62,472 bases of DNA. Origin: Syntrophobacterales bacterium. GTDB taxonomy: Bacteria; Desulfobacterota; Syntrophia; Syntrophales; UBA2192. Under the pieces are notes generated by a model. It was not told where the DNA came from, made no database searches, and saw only the letters and a list, made by a program, of their open reading frames with translations. How positions within the stretch are numbered: the stretch's first letter is position 1; each line of letters begins with the position of its first letter. The DNA is taken from NCBI GenBank assembly GCA_018053845.1, contig JAGPKU010000005.1, positions 1 to 62,472 of the forward strand. The letters are read 5' to 3'. The position numbers and the translations under genes are program-made. This document shows, piece by piece, positions 61,358-62,472 of the stretch.

Positions 61358-61828
61358 ATGAAGGCCCGATTGATGATTTCCGTGTTGACCGTCGTGATGA
61401 TCCTGCTGAGCGGCACCCTTGCCGTCGCGCAGGACAAGACCCCCATCGGGGCGAGGATGGCGTCGCCCCCCGCGAACCCCGCGGACGACCCGAAGGGCCC
61501 TGTCGGGAGCCTGTCGGGCCGTACGTCAAGTGACCTGCTGACGCTCGGCTCGGTCTGGCAGGTGCAGGAGTGCTGCGGCTGGAGCGGCACGTGGACGCGC
61601 CGCGCCGGGACGAACACCTTCGATGCGAAGTGGCGCCACACCAACGGCTCCCAGGCCCAGGACGTCATCACCCTGCAGTCCTGGAACAAGACGACGGGCG
61701 AGGTCGTCCTGAAAAGGCAGAACCTGAACGGCACCTACAAGGCGACCCTCAACCCCTCGGCGAGGGCCCTGACGAACGGCACGGCCTCGTGGTACCCGGC
61801 CGGGGAAAAATGGAGCGCCCGGTACTGA
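61358..61828 (+). CDS. small secreted hypothetical protein
   Basis: ATG 61358 has GAGGAGG 5 nt upstream. The signal peptide is MKARLMISVLTVVMILLSGTLAVAQD. The mature part is rich in W, T and N, and has an adjacent Cys pair (QECCGWSGTW). Confidence 0.6.
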   Translation: MKARLMISVLTVVMILLSGTLAVAQDKTPIGARMASPPANPADDPKGPVGSLSGRTSSDLLTLGSVWQVQECCGWSGTWTRRAGTNTFDAKWRHTNGSQAQDVITLQSWNKTTGEVVLKRQNLNGTYKATLNPSARALTNGTASWYPAGEKWSARY

Positions 61829-61849
61829 TCCGGGTGCCTCATCGGGGAC

Positions 61850-61886
61850 AAAAAAACGGGGGAGCCGGCATCGGCCCCCCCGTTTC
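61850..61886 (-). terminator. rho-independent terminator, strongest for the minus-strand carboxyltransferase gene and possibly bidirectional
   Basis: ACGGGGGAGCCG-gcat-CGGCCCCCCCGT forms a 12-bp stem with one mismatch. On the minus strand it is followed by TTTTTTT (the A-run 61850-61856 on the plus strand). Confidence 0.8.
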
Positions 61887-61906
61887 CGTCCGGCGTCCTG
61901 ACCCGC

Positions 61907-62472
61907 TTACAGCGGGATGTTGTTGTGCTTCTTCTCGGGCAGGATCTGCTCCTTGTCCTTGTAGGCCTCGAGCAGGGCCACGACGCGCTTGCGCGTCTCA
62001 CGGGGCGCGATGACCTCCTCGATGATGCCCATCTTGGCGGCGAAGTAGGGGTTGTTGAACTGCTCCTCGTAGGCCGCGATCAGCTCGGCCCGCTTGGCCT
62101 CGGGGTCCGGGGCCGTGGCGATCTCGCGGCGGTAGACGATGTTGCAGGCCCCGGCGGCGCCCATGACGGCGATCTCGGCCGAGGGCCAGGCCATCACGTA
62201 ATCGGCGCCCAGCTGCTTGCTGCACATGCCGATGTAGGCCCCGCCGTAATCCTTGCGGGTCACGACGGTGAACTTGGGCACCGTGGCCTCGGAGTAGGCG
62301 TGCAGGAGCTTTGCGCCGTGGCTGATGATGCCGTTCCACTCCTGATGCGTGCCGGGCATGTAGCCGGGCACGTCGGCGAAGGTCAGCAGCGGGATGTTGA
62401 AGGCGTCGCAGAAGCGGATGAAGCGCGAGGCCTTGTCGGAGGCATTGACGTCGAGCACGCCGCCGCCGAACT
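61907..62472 (-). CDS. acyl-CoA (propionyl-/methylmalonyl-CoA) carboxyltransferase beta subunit; C-terminal part, with the gene start beyond the window end
   Basis: The track ORF plus its upstream extension reads FGGGVLDVNASDKASRFIRFCDAFNIPLLTFADVPGYMPGTHQEWNGIISHGAKLLHAYSEATVPKFTVVTRKDYGGAYIGM, a typical carboxyl transferase C-terminal domain. Confidence 0.9.
   Translation of the reverse strand, partial: FGGGVLDVNASDKASRFIRFCDAFNIPLLTFADVPGYMPGTHQEWNGIISHGAKLLHAYSEATVPKFTVVTRKDYGGAYIGMCSKQLGADYVMAWPSAEIAVMGAAGACNIVYRREIATAPDPEAKRAELIAAYEEQFNNPYFAAKMGIIEEVIAPRETRKRVVALLEAYKDKEQILPEKKHNNIPL

Overview
This is a high-GC bacterial chromosomal segment. Its gene content resembles a deltaproteobacterial/Desulfobacterota-type anaerobe, but that taxonomy is inference only. 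I support about 59 protein-coding genes and found no rRNA, tRNA, CRISPR array, transposase or prophage. Many long ORFs in the six-frame track are antisense or off-frame artefacts of the GC-rich sequence, so I trimmed or rejected them.

Gene layout:
- 1-11.3 kb (minus strand): a nitrogen-assimilation block with carB/carA, glnA, a three-gene archaeal-type split glutamate synthase, a tiny Fis-type HTH gene and a GAF sigma-54 activator.
- 11.5-17.3 kb: a VIT-VWA exported protein, a decayed ECF sigma gene, and a Cache protein plus MCP pair.
- 17.5-34.4 kb: housekeeping genes (mnmG, TIGR01212 radical SAM, hisC, rdgC-like, nadK-recN, GNAT, mltA, hup, nucleotidyltransferase, trpS-scpA-scpB-rluB, ihfB-like, M50 protease, radC).
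- 34.4-46.6 kb: a metal-homeostasis supercluster (znuBCA-zur, ccdA, a TlpA-like thiol-disulfide oxidoreductase, feoB, a DtxR-type regulator, fur, a PK_C-like protein, an M29 peptidase, a ferredoxin, and sufC plus a SufB/SufD-family gene).
- 46.7-62.5 kb: an orphan protein, ald, a P-type ATPase with a coupled zinc-ribbon ORF, a macro-domain protein, gpmI, pcm-nlpD, a radical SAM gene, carD, a PIN-TRAM gene, ispD-ispF, a small secreted protein and a partial acyl-CoA carboxyltransferase.

Most noteworthy observations:
1. The gpmI product appears to be a clean circular permutation of canonical cofactor-independent phosphoglycerate mutase.
2. A 69-aa protein consisting only of a DNA-binding domain is a close paralogue of the C-terminus of the neighbouring sigma-54 activator. 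It sits behind a TGGCAC-N5-TTGT promoter upstream of the GOGAT operon.
3. Two related heptanucleotide tandem arrays start at the stop codons of two genes, and dispersed purine-rich tracts of similar flavour occur elsewhere.
4. There is a ~180-bp MITE-like long palindrome and a REP-like nested hairpin cluster.
5. The VIT-VWA gene has a strong SD, ATG and signal peptide in the wrong frame, consistent with a 1-nt indel.
6. The ECF sigma gene is decayed and is followed by about 750 nt with no gene.
7. A near-perfect Fur box abuts the feoB start codon.
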